Shown here piece by piece: positions 1-7,881 of a stretch of DNA of 14,449 bases. The notes beneath the pieces were generated by a model. That model made no database searches, was not told the origin of the DNA, and was given only the letters and a program-made list of their open reading frames with translations. Position 1 is the stretch's first letter. Each line of letters starts with the position of its first letter. Origin of the DNA: an uncultured bacterium. GTDB taxonomy: Bacteria; Abyssobacteria; SURF-5. The DNA lies in assembly GCA_964510165.1 (NCBI GenBank), contig CAZEBC010000079.1, positions 2,564 to 17,012 on the forward strand. Direction: 5' to 3'. The translations under genes were made by a program, and so were the position numbers.

Positions 1-1646
1 AACACCTTGCCGTGCAATTGGCCCGCCTTGTACTCGCCCTTGTTCACGACCACGTGACCGTTGAGCACGACGTATTCGATGCCGACCGAATCCAATGTGG
101 GCCGCTTGATGGTTGCCCTGTCGATCACCGTGTCGGGATTGAAGACGACGATATCGGCAGCGTAACCCTTCTTTAAGAGGCCGCGCTCCTTGAGGCCCGC
201 GCGCGAGGCTGGCAGCGACGTCATCTTGCGCACGGCTTCTTCCAGCGGCATCAGCCCGAGTTCTCGCACATAGTGGCCGAGAATGCGGGGATAATTCCCC
301 CATGCATTCGGATACTGCCAGCCGCTCGGCGCGATGATGCAGTCGGTCTCGAACGAGTTGAGCGGATGCGCGAGCACGCGCCTCAGCACCGATTCATCCT
401 TCTCGTTTCCGCTGTATTGCGCCAGGAAGATGCGCGCGAGCACCTTGCTTTCGACCACCAGATAGCAGTAGGAATCGAACGGGTCTTCGCCGCGTGCCTC
501 GGCGATCTCGCGGATGCTCATGCCCTCGTACTGCGTGAGCTTGGGCGAGCCGCCCCACATGAGGATCAGGTCGTCATAGCCGAACTGGAGCATCCCTCTC
601 GCCATGTCGAGTTCGCCCCGGATGCGCTCGCGCGTTTCCGGATTCTGCAGATTATTGATCAGGTCGGGCAGCGCCCACGCGGGGAAAATGACCGCGATGG
701 TCGAGATGCCGATCGTGTAGGCGTAGGCGTCGAAGCCGACGTCCACGCCGCGCTTGACGGCGGCCTCGATCTCGCCCAGCACCGCGTCGGTCGTTTCGGC
801 CCAGGTTTTCTCGCCGACGAAGATGAGGTGCGAAATTTGCAGCGGCTGGCCGGTCTGCTCGCCGACCCTGATGAAATCCTTGACCGAGCGAATGTTGTGC
901 GGCTCGCCGCCGATCTCCTCGTACGCGGGCGAAACCCAGCTATAGGCCTGCAAGTGTGAGGGGAACATGGCGTTGTATTCCTTCGCCAACTTCGCGAACG
1001 CGATGATCTCCTCCTGTGGGCTGAAAATGCCGGGCGAATATCCAAGCCCGGTCGAGATGCCGATTGCGCCCTGCTCGAGACTTTGCCGCGCAAGACGCTT
1101 CATTTGCTCCAGCCCTTCGCGATTCGGGGGCGTCGTATCCTCTCCCTTGACGGCGACGTGGATTGCGCCGTGACCGACCAGTTCCGCGATATTGAACGCC
1201 AAACCCTGCCTCTCAATGTGGTCGAGAAACTGACCCATCGTTTCCCATGGGAATATCTCCTCCATGCTCGCTCCTTTGGAGAGCTGCTCCCCCATCAACA
1301 GCAAAGCCGCCCGCCGAAGCGCAATGTCGCTGTGCTGTCTGGAAAGCGGCGCGGGCGAGAAACCGCAGTTGCCGGTGACCATCGTGGTGATGCCTTGTTT
1401 GACCATCGGGCTGAGGCGGTCGCTGTGGTTCGGGTCAATGACGGGCCAGTCGAAATGCGAGTGGATGTCAATGAAGCCGGGCGTGACGGCGAGGCCCGAT
1501 GCGTCGATTTCGGTCTCCGCCCGCGCGCCGGACAGATCACCGAGGGCGGTGATCTTGTCGCCGCTTAGGCCGATGTCGGCCCGCTTCCCCTTCTTGCCGC
1601 TGCCGTCAATCACGGTCCCGTTTCGAATGATCACGTCAAGAGCCAT
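1..1646 (-). CDS. N-acyl-D-amino-acid deacylase (D-aminoacylase) family metal-dependent amidohydrolase; 3' end runs off the window (partial)
   Basis: Manually translated from the ATG at 1646 (SD GAAAGGA upstream): MALDVIIRNGTVIDGSG...PGFIDIHSHFD...QGITTMVTGNCGFSPAP...LVGHGAI...GISTGLGYSPG...SHLQ...QISHL...FETD...AWGNYPRILGHYVRE...EAVRKMTSLPA...GIEYVVLNG. The N-terminal, central and C-terminal segments I translated are all in one frame. Likely missing from the ORF track because there is no stop inside the window. Confidence 0.92.
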   Translation of the reverse strand, partial: MALDVIIRNGTVIDGSGKKGKRADIGLSGDKITALGDLSGARAETEIDASGLAVTPGFIDIHSHFDWPVIDPNHSDRLSPMVKQGITTMVTGNCGFSPAPLSRQHSDIALRRAALLLMGEQLSKGASMEEIFPWETMGQFLDHIERQGLAFNIAELVGHGAIHVAVKGEDTTPPNREGLEQMKRLARQSLEQGAIGISTGLGYSPGIFSPQEEIIAFAKLAKEYNAMFPSHLQAYSWVSPAYEEIGGEPHNIRSVKDFIRVGEQTGQPLQISHLIFVGEKTWAETTDAVLGEIEAAVKRGVDVGFDAYAYTIGISTIAVIFPAWALPDLINNLQNPETRERIRGELDMARGMLQFGYDDLILMWGGSPKLTQYEGMSIREIAEARGEDPFDSYCYLVVESKVLARIFLAQYSGNEKDESVLRRVLAHPLNSFETDCIIAPSGWQYPNAWGNYPRILGHYVRELGLMPLEEAVRKMTSLPASRAGLKERGLLKKGYAADIVVFNPDTVIDRATIKRPTLDSVGIEYVVLNGHVVVNKGEYKAGQLHGKV

Positions 1647-1699
1647 GATGGAGTCCTTTCATTGGTGTGAGCTTTGGGCGCAGAAGTTGTGCGAGTCCG

Positions 1700-1728
1700 A
1701 TTATAATTGAGGGGCGGCCAAAATGGAA
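1700..1728 (-). promoter_or_regulatory. Candidate sigma70 promoter for the deacylase gene
   Basis: Perfect TATAAT on the minus strand (1705-1700) with a weak -35 TTCCAT (1728-1723) at 17 bp spacing, about 55 nt upstream of the ATG. Confidence 0.4.
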
Positions 1729-1758
1729 GAGGCGCGGCGCTATTTTCATTCACATCTC

Positions 1759-1788
1759 TTGTCAATGGATGCAGTTTAAATGTACTAT
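1759..1788 (+). promoter_or_regulatory. Candidate sigma70 promoter for the PolB gene
   Basis: TTGTCA (1759-1764), 18 bp spacer, TACTAT (1783-1788), in an AT-rich patch ending 16 nt before the ATG at 1805. No obvious SD. Confidence 0.5.
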
Positions 1789-1804
1789 GAAAGCGTGATG
1801 CGGC

Positions 1805-3988
1805 ATGATCAAGGGATGGCTGTTCGACATATATCCCGATGAGCGCGGAATGGCGCTGTGGATAATTGATGCCGAGGGCCGGCGCGTGCGCCTCTCGGAC
1901 CCTTATCGGCCATCGTTCTTCGTCGCGGGCGCGCCGAACGCGCTCAGGCGCGTCAGGGAGAGCATCCTCACAAAGAAGCTTTCGGCCTCGTTCCGGATGA
2001 CCGAGCGGCGTGATTTCTGGATGGGCCGGGACAAGCCCGTGCTGGAGGTCAGCGCCGACTGCCCCGCCTTCGATCCCGCCGTGAAACATGCCGCTTCGGT
2101 CAGCGGCGTCGAACTGTTCAACTGCGACATTCCGCTGGCGCAGATGTATCTATATGAGAAGGGCCTGTTTCCGCTGGCGTCTTGCGAGGTCGAGCAGTCT
2201 GCCAACGGCAACGTTTCTTCCATCCACACATCGGACCCGCCGTCGGAGATTGACTACTCGCTGCCGCCGCTCGAGACGCTCAAGCTCTCGGTTGCCAGTG
2301 ACGGGATAAACCCCAACTACGGCGGCGAGCGCTGCAACCTGAGGATGGAGGTCGGCGGGCGCGAATATGTGCTCGAAGAGGACGAACTGCTGGATACAGT
2401 CGAGGACACGCTCGTCCGGCACGATCCCGACCTGATCCTCACCGAATGGGGCGACTCGTTCATACTTCCACGCCTGTTGCAGATGGCGCAGGCGCGCGGC
2501 CGCTCTCTTTCCCTCAATCGGGACGCCGGCCGGAAAATCGGCATCCGCAAGGAAGTCTCCTATTTTTCGTACGGTCAGATCGTCTATCGGGCGCCCGCGC
2601 GAACCCTGTTCGGGCGCTGGCACATAGACGTGAAGAACTCCTTTATCGCGTCGGAAACGGGACTGGAGGGCCTGTTCGAGATTGCGCGCCTCACCAGGAT
2701 TCCAATCCAGCGCCTTGCGCGCACCTCGCCCGGAACCGGCATTTCGTCCATGCAGCTCGATATGGCGATGCGCGACGGAATCCTCATCCCCTGGCACAAG
2801 CGGATGCCGGAAGATTTCAAGAGCGGCCTCGACCTGCTCACCGCCGACAAGGGCGGCCTTGTGTACCTGCCGAGGCCGGGCCTGTACGAGGACGTGATGG
2901 AGATAGACTTCGCCTCGATGTATCCGGCGATCATGGTGAACCATAATATCTCCCCCGAGACCATAAACTGCTCATGTTGCGAGGGCGAGCCGGTTCCCGA
3001 GATAGGCTATCATTCCTGCCGAAAGCGGCGAGGGCTTGTGCCGCGCGTGCTCGAGCCGATCTTGTGGAAGCGCCGCACCTATAAGGAACTGTCCAGACGC
3101 GCGGACGATCCAGACCTCAGAGCCGTGTATGACCGGCGGCAGACCGCGCTCAAGTGGATGCTGGTGACATGCTTCGGATATCTGGGCTACAAGAACGCGC
3201 GGTTCGGCCGGATCGAGGCGCATGAGGCCGTCACCGCGCTGGGCCGCGAGAAGCTGCTTCAGGCAAAGGAGATAGCGGAGCGTCGCGGCTTCGAGCTGGT
3301 GCACGCCATTGTGGACTCGCTCTGGGTCCGAAAGCCCGGCATGACTCAGGCCGAGCAGGGCGGATTGCTTCGGGAGATCACTGAAGCGGTCGGCATTCCG
3401 ATCATGCTTGAGGGCAACTACAAATGGATCGCGTTTGTGCCCTCGAAAACCTCGCCCACGCTCGCCGTCGCCAACCGATATTTCGGCCTGTTCGACACGG
3501 GTCAGTTTAAAATGAGAGGCATCGAACTGCGCCGCTCCGACGTGCCGCCCATCGTTAATAGGATGCAAAAGGAGATGTTGCAAATACTCTCGTCCGTGGC
3601 GACTGCCGATGAATTCAGGCGGAAGGAGCCGGAGTTGCTCGGAGTCTTGAAGGAGTATCTCGCCCACCTCAAGAGCGGCGATGTTCCCGCGAGAGAGCTT
3701 GTCATCTCGCAGAAACTTTCCAAGAACCCCGCCGATTACAAGACCAACACCGCGATGGCGGCCGCCAGCAAGGCGCTGATCGCCTCGGGCAAAAGCCCAA
3801 AACCCGGCGAGCGGGTGAACCTCATCATCGTCGAGTCGGGCGCGCGCGGACAGGCCGTCAAGGCGATTCCCTATATCGCGGGCATGGAAAACGTTGACCG
3901 CTATGATGCCGACAAGTATGGCGAACTGCTCGTCAAGGCCGCCGAAACGATTCTCCTCCGGCGACTGAAGAAGGAGGATTATCTCTGA
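1805..3988 (+). CDS. Family-B DNA polymerase, archaeal PolB2/Dpo2-like clade, with degenerate 3'-5' exonuclease domain
   Basis: 727 aa. Motif A DFASMYP (D368), motif B KWMLVTCFGYLG, motif C HAIVDS (instead of YGDTDS), NRY (instead of KxY), RGIELRRSD, and a Cys cluster NCSCC...HSC. The ExoII-equivalent reads WGDSFIL rather than NxxxFD, and I find no ExoI DxE. Confidence 0.92.
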   Translation: MIKGWLFDIYPDERGMALWIIDAEGRRVRLSDPYRPSFFVAGAPNALRRVRESILTKKLSASFRMTERRDFWMGRDKPVLEVSADCPAFDPAVKHAASVSGVELFNCDIPLAQMYLYEKGLFPLASCEVEQSANGNVSSIHTSDPPSEIDYSLPPLETLKLSVASDGINPNYGGERCNLRMEVGGREYVLEEDELLDTVEDTLVRHDPDLILTEWGDSFILPRLLQMAQARGRSLSLNRDAGRKIGIRKEVSYFSYGQIVYRAPARTLFGRWHIDVKNSFIASETGLEGLFEIARLTRIPIQRLARTSPGTGISSMQLDMAMRDGILIPWHKRMPEDFKSGLDLLTADKGGLVYLPRPGLYEDVMEIDFASMYPAIMVNHNISPETINCSCCEGEPVPEIGYHSCRKRRGLVPRVLEPILWKRRTYKELSRRADDPDLRAVYDRRQTALKWMLVTCFGYLGYKNARFGRIEAHEAVTALGREKLLQAKEIAERRGFELVHAIVDSLWVRKPGMTQAEQGGLLREITEAVGIPIMLEGNYKWIAFVPSKTSPTLAVANRYFGLFDTGQFKMRGIELRRSDVPPIVNRMQKEMLQILSSVATADEFRRKEPELLGVLKEYLAHLKSGDVPARELVISQKLSKNPADYKTNTAMAAASKALIASGKSPKPGERVNLIIVESGARGQAVKAIPYIAGMENVDRYDADKYGELLVKAAETILLRRLKKEDYL

Positions 3989-4053
3989 ATTGATTCCGAC
4001 CCTGTCTTTGATTTGGCTGCAAAATCCGAGAATCCGCTCGTTTTCTCAGGAAA

Positions 4054-4167
4054 GTCATTGCGAGGAATCCCGCGAAGCGCGGGATGACGAAGCAATCTCG
4101 ATACAGCGCCGGGGGCCACCGACCGGGATTGCTTCGGTCGGAACTACGTTTCTCCCTCACAATGACG
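4054..4167. repeat. Nested palindromic REP/MITE-like element (GTCATTGCGAG...CTCnCAATGACG, CGTC-type)
   Basis: Outer arms GTCATTGCGAGG (4054-4065) / CCTCACAATGAC (4155-4166). Inner stems ATCCCGCG-AAG-CGCGGGAT (4067-4085) and CGAAGCAATCTCG (4088-4100) / CGGGATTGCTTCG (4124-4136). Confidence 0.8.
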
Positions 4168-4191
4168 AAGGCTCCGCAGCGGATTTTATCC

Positions 4192-4219
4192 TTGACATGC
4201 ACGGCTTCCGTGGCATAAT
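4192..4219 (+). promoter_or_regulatory. Sigma70 promoter for the PPIase gene
   Basis: TTGACA (4192-4197), 16 bp spacer, CATAAT (4214-4219), with extended -10 TG at 4211-4212. Confidence 0.72.
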
Positions 4220-4305
4220 CTGAAACGGATATTTTCCGGAGTTGCTTGCAGGCCGGCGGCGAGGGGCGTCGCCGGCTTTAGTCAACCTGAAGGGAGAAAA
4301 CCTGA

Positions 4306-5316
4306 ATGAAACCGAAAAAGTGGGTGTGCGCCTTGATTGCGGTGACCGTGGCATGCGCGACCGGTTTTGCGGTCGCAGAAGAGGAACAGAAAAGCGTCGA
4401 GGAACGAGCGGCAGTGGTCAACGGCGTTGTGATAACCAAGGCCGACTTTGAGCGCGAGGTGTCGCGCGTACAGCGCTCATTCATTGGGATGGGCGGCCCC
4501 CACGCCGACACAAAGATGTCTAAGCTCAGAGCGCAGGTTCTTGACAATCTCATCGAAATCGAATTGATTTACCGCGACGGCCTGGATTCGGGGATAGCCG
4601 TGGAGGGGCCGGCCGTCGAGGAGCAGGTCAACAGGCTTCGCGCGCGCTTCCCGAACCAGGACGAATTTGAGAAGGCATTGGGCCGCGCAGGGATGACTCC
4701 CGACACGCTCAAGGTGAACGTAGTCAGGGAGATGACTATTCAGCGATTCATCAACGAAAATTTCGCGGACGCGACAACCGTGTCGGATGAAGAGGCGAAG
4801 AAGTACTACGATGAAAACTCCCAAATGTTCATGCAGCCCGAGCAAATAAGCGCCAGCCATATCCTGATCAAGGTCGCGCCCGATGCCGACGAGGCGACGA
4901 AATCGGAGGCGCGGGCGAAGATGGAAGAATTGAAGAGCAGGCTTAAGGAGGGAGAAGACTTCGCCGCGCTCGCACAGGAGGTCTCAGAAGGCCCGAGCGG
5001 GGCGCAGGGCGGCGACCTCGGCTATTTCAGTCGGGGCCAGATGGTGAAGCCATTCGAGGATGCGGCCTTCGCATTGAACGTTGGCGAGGTGAGCGACATC
5101 GTCGAGACGCAATTCGGCTATCACATCATCAAGGTGGTTGACAAGAAGCCCGAATCGAAAGTCCCTCTCGAAGACATTCAGGATCGGGTCAAGGACTATC
5201 TGAAGCAGGAAAAAGTCAAGACCCAAGTGAGAGCGCACGTAGACGAGTTGAAGGCGAAAGCGGATATACAGAGATTCGTGACGGAATCCGAGGAGAAAAA
5301 AGAGGAGAAAAAATAG
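4306..5316 (+). CDS. Exported parvulin (PpiC-type) peptidyl-prolyl cis-trans isomerase / PrsA-SurA-like foldase
   Basis: 336 aa. Signal peptide (MKPKK plus hydrophobic stretch, AVA|EE); SurA-N-like [10 protein letters not shown]; parvulin motifs [47 protein letters not shown]. Confidence 0.93.
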   Translation: MKPKKWVCALIAVTVACATGFAVAEEEQKSVEERAAVVNGVVITKADFEREVSRVQRSFIGMGGPHADTKMSKLRAQVLDNLIEIELIYRDGLDSGIAVEGPAVEEQVNRLRARFPNQDEFEKALGRAGMTPDTLKVNVVREMTIQRFINENFADATTVSDEEAKKYYDENSQMFMQPEQISASHILIKVAPDADEATKSEARAKMEELKSRLKEGEDFAALAQEVSEGPSGAQGGDLGYFSRGQMVKPFEDAAFALNVGEVSDIVETQFGYHIIKVVDKKPESKVPLEDIQDRVKDYLKQEKVKTQVRAHVDELKAKADIQRFVTESEEKKEEKK

Positions 5317-5360
5317 GTGAGTCGCTTCGGAACCCCGTCGCGCAAGGCTGTTCCCTCATT

Positions 5361-5386
5361 GTAGGGGCGCCCCTGTTTGGGCGCCC
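5361..5386 (+). repeat. GTAG-tagged REP-like palindrome
   Basis: GTAG-GGGCGCCC-CTGTTT-GGGCGCCC: a GTAG tetranucleotide followed by a perfect 8-bp stem, lying intergenic. Confidence 0.72.
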
Positions 5387-5459
5387 GCCCTGCGACCGAA
5401 AACCGAATTGCAGAACAGACTCACGCGTGTGAATTGGACTCGAATAAAGGAGGCGTCCG

Positions 5460-6500
5460 GTGTATCGCCTGAAGTTCGATGAGCGGCTGTGCGTGTCATG
5501 TGAGAGATGCGACTGCCTCACGCGATGCCAATACATCAAGCTCGACCCTGAATCGGCCCGGAAGGAACGGCTGAAAATCGCGCGCGGCGAGGACTCGTTC
5601 GTGCTCCGCCGGTGTGTGACTTGCTATGCGTGCGAGGAGTATTGCCCGCACGGCAATCATCCATTCTATCAGATTGTGGAAGTCCAGGAAAAGCTGGGCA
5701 TCCACCCCGTGCCCAAGCCCATCGAGAAGCAGCAAGTCAGGATGATGGCGCCGGACGGGAAAATACAGCGCCGCGAACTCCAAGGCCCGATACTTGACAT
5801 GTGCGCATTCGGGATGTTCGAGAAATTCTCGATCCAAGGCAGCCTCTTTGAGGGCGTCTCGACAATTTCCGGCAACGATATCTTCTGCAACCTCATGTTC
5901 CTGCACTTCGCGCGCAACTCCGTCATCAGGGAAAGGCTGCCCAAGACCATCGCGAACATTCAGGAGTATTACCTGAATCCCAATCGGGCCGCCGAGATAA
6001 TCTGCTTCCATGATGAATGCTACGGCACGTTCACCTCGTGGGCGCCCGCTTTCGGCATCGAGGTCCCCTTCAAGCCCGTTCACTTTTTCGAGTTCCTGCT
6101 TGCGGAAATGAAGGAGCGCGCCAGCGACATCACGAAGATTCCGATGAAAGTAGCCTATCAGCGCCCGTGCTCGAACCGCCTGGTTCCCGAAACGCAAGGC
6201 CTCGTTGACGAAATCATTCAGCTCGTCGGCGCCGAGCGCGTCCGGCGGACGTATGACGGCGAGAACGCGCTCTGCTGCGGAGCGGCCATTTTGGGGTTGG
6301 GCGAGGACCGCCTGGCCGATGAAATCCAGAAGAAGAACATCCAGGACATGCTCGACGCGGGCGCGACGGCCTGCGTGTTCAATTGTCCGTTCTGCCTGAT
6401 CGCCCTCGGTGAGAGAGTCGCGCAGAACGGGTTGATGCCGATGCTCTTGAGCGACCTCTGCCGCCTGGCGCTCGGCGAGCAATTGAAAGGATGGGGTTAA
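5460..6500 (+). CDS. Fe-S oxidoreductase subunit (ferredoxin-like plus CCG domains; GlcF/HdrD-like)
   Basis: 346 aa, GTG start with strong SD AAGGAGG. Motifs CVSCERCDC...C and CVTCYACEEYCP; C-terminal CCG domain QRPC...CCG...CPFC; degenerate first CCG domain (FC...CFHDEC). Confidence 0.88.
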   Translation: MYRLKFDERLCVSCERCDCLTRCQYIKLDPESARKERLKIARGEDSFVLRRCVTCYACEEYCPHGNHPFYQIVEVQEKLGIHPVPKPIEKQQVRMMAPDGKIQRRELQGPILDMCAFGMFEKFSIQGSLFEGVSTISGNDIFCNLMFLHFARNSVIRERLPKTIANIQEYYLNPNRAAEIICFHDECYGTFTSWAPAFGIEVPFKPVHFFEFLLAEMKERASDITKIPMKVAYQRPCSNRLVPETQGLVDEIIQLVGAERVRRTYDGENALCCGAAILGLGEDRLADEIQKKNIQDMLDAGATACVFNCPFCLIALGERVAQNGLMPMLLSDLCRLALGEQLKGWG

Positions 6501-6503
6501 GCC

Positions 6504-7880
6504 ATGCCGCAGATATATGAGGCGCTGGCAGAGATAGTGGGGAGGCAATACGTCTCGGACCGCCCCGAGGAGCTTTTCATTTATTCGCGCGATTCGGGAA
6601 CGATGGACCCCAGGCAACCGGATTACGTGGTCGTTCCCAACACGCCGGAGGAAATCCAGGCCATCGTGCAGCTTGCGAACCGCGAAAAAGTCCCCGTGGT
6701 TCCCCTCGGCGGGGGACTTGTGCTCTCAGGCCTCTCACGACCGCTCAAGCGGGGCATCGTCATCGACATGAAACGCATGAACCGCATCCTGGAGGTGAAC
6801 GAGACCAGCCGGTATGCCGTCGTCGAGGCGGGCGTCTCACAGGGAATGCTGCAGGCATACCTCAGGAAGCATCACCCGAAACTGAAACATTCGATGCCCG
6901 ATTCGCCTCCTGCCGCCACGATTGCCGGCAATGTGCTCATCCACGGCTCCGGCCATCTCTCGCAGGCCACGGGTTTCCATTCCGAGATGCTCAACGCGCT
7001 TGAAGTCGTGCTGCCCACCGGCGAGATATGCAGGCTCGGCTCGTGCTCTACCACTCCCTACTGGTTCTCACGCGCCCCGTTGCCCGACCTTGCCGGACTG
7101 TTCCTCGGCTGGCACGGCACAACGGGCATTGTCACCAAGCTCGCCATCAAACTCTACCCGAATCCCGCCAAGAAAGATGTGATGATGTTTCTCACGGAGA
7201 ACCCCGAACATATGCCGGACGTGCTCCACAGGATAAGCGGGACCGAGATGGCCGAAGACCTCAATGTGTCGGCCTCGCAACAGCCGCATTACGTGGAAGG
7301 TCTTCAGGTTTCGCTCATCTACGTTACCGCCGATACCGACGGAGAAATGGAATTCAAGAAGCAGACTATCCGCGATGCGCTCCGAAGTTACGTGGATGAG
7401 AAAGAGGGCGGATTCCCGTTCGTGCCCACTTTTGCGAAGGGGCGCTTCCTCGAAACACCGCTCAAAGAGATGACCAAGTTCGCCGACACGAAGAAGGGCG
7501 GCGGCTTCGAGTACGTGGGCGCGATCATGCCCATCGAGCTGTTCCCGAAAGCCTACTGGAAAGGAATCGAGATCGCCGAGAAATACGACACACCCTACTC
7601 AATGGCGGTCCGCACCATCGGGCGCGGCCATTGCATGATGTTCGCCTACGCATACGCCTTCAATCGGGCCGATGACAATGACCGCCTCAAGGCGCAGAAG
7701 GCGCTCCATGAGAGCAATGCGGCGGCGCTTGAGCTGGGCGGAATCCCCTGGAAGGCCGAAGAGCCGGCCCAGAAGCTCATCCTACGTAAGATGGACCCCG
7801 AGACCGTCAAGCTCATGAAGAAGATTCGGGCCGTCCTCGACCCAAACGGCATCATGAATCCCGGCAACTGGGAGGTATGA
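6504..7880 (+). CDS. FAD-binding oxidoreductase, VAO/PCMH fold (GlcD / D-2-hydroxyacid dehydrogenase-like), substrate unknown
   Basis: 458 aa. PDYVVVP...PLGGG...IDMKRMNRILE...VEAGV...ATIAGN...LEVVLPTG...GTTGIVTK...LDPNGIMNPG. Confidence 0.9.
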   Translation: MPQIYEALAEIVGRQYVSDRPEELFIYSRDSGTMDPRQPDYVVVPNTPEEIQAIVQLANREKVPVVPLGGGLVLSGLSRPLKRGIVIDMKRMNRILEVNETSRYAVVEAGVSQGMLQAYLRKHHPKLKHSMPDSPPAATIAGNVLIHGSGHLSQATGFHSEMLNALEVVLPTGEICRLGSCSTTPYWFSRAPLPDLAGLFLGWHGTTGIVTKLAIKLYPNPAKKDVMMFLTENPEHMPDVLHRISGTEMAEDLNVSASQQPHYVEGLQVSLIYVTADTDGEMEFKKQTIRDALRSYVDEKEGGFPFVPTFAKGRFLETPLKEMTKFADTKKGGGFEYVGAIMPIELFPKAYWKGIEIAEKYDTPYSMAVRTIGRGHCMMFAYAYAFNRADDNDRLKAQKALHESNAAALELGGIPWKAEEPAQKLILRKMDPETVKLMKKIRAVLDPNGIMNPGNWEV

Positions 7881-7881
7881 T

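Noticed and set aside
273-1710. Plus-strand ORFs 273-959, 1083-1568, 1264-1710 and others
   Set aside because: Shadows of the minus-strand D-aminoacylase.
1737-1765. Perfect TTGACA on the minus strand (1765-1760) as the deacylase -35
   Set aside because: No acceptable -10 at 16-18 bp spacing. It is better explained as one arm of the palindrome or the plus-strand -35.
1805-3988. PolB as marker of a prophage, pipolin or casposon
   Set aside because: No integrase, Cas1, terminal protein region, att or tRNA site, or phage genes nearby. The motifs fit PolB2, not primer-independent or protein-primed PolB.
3933-4354. Small ORFs across the polB-PPIase spacer
   Set aside because: They translate the palindromic repeat and promoter, with no SD or protein-like features.
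5496-6617. 373-aa minus-strand ORF (and similar ORFs at 2150-2944, 2972-3667, 7852-8634, 12973-13635)
   Set aside because: Antisense to well-supported genes, with no domain signatures.
6504-7880. Assigning glcD, dld or alkyl-DHAP synthase
   Set aside because: Diagnostic His/Glu motifs are not found, so no gene symbol is justified.
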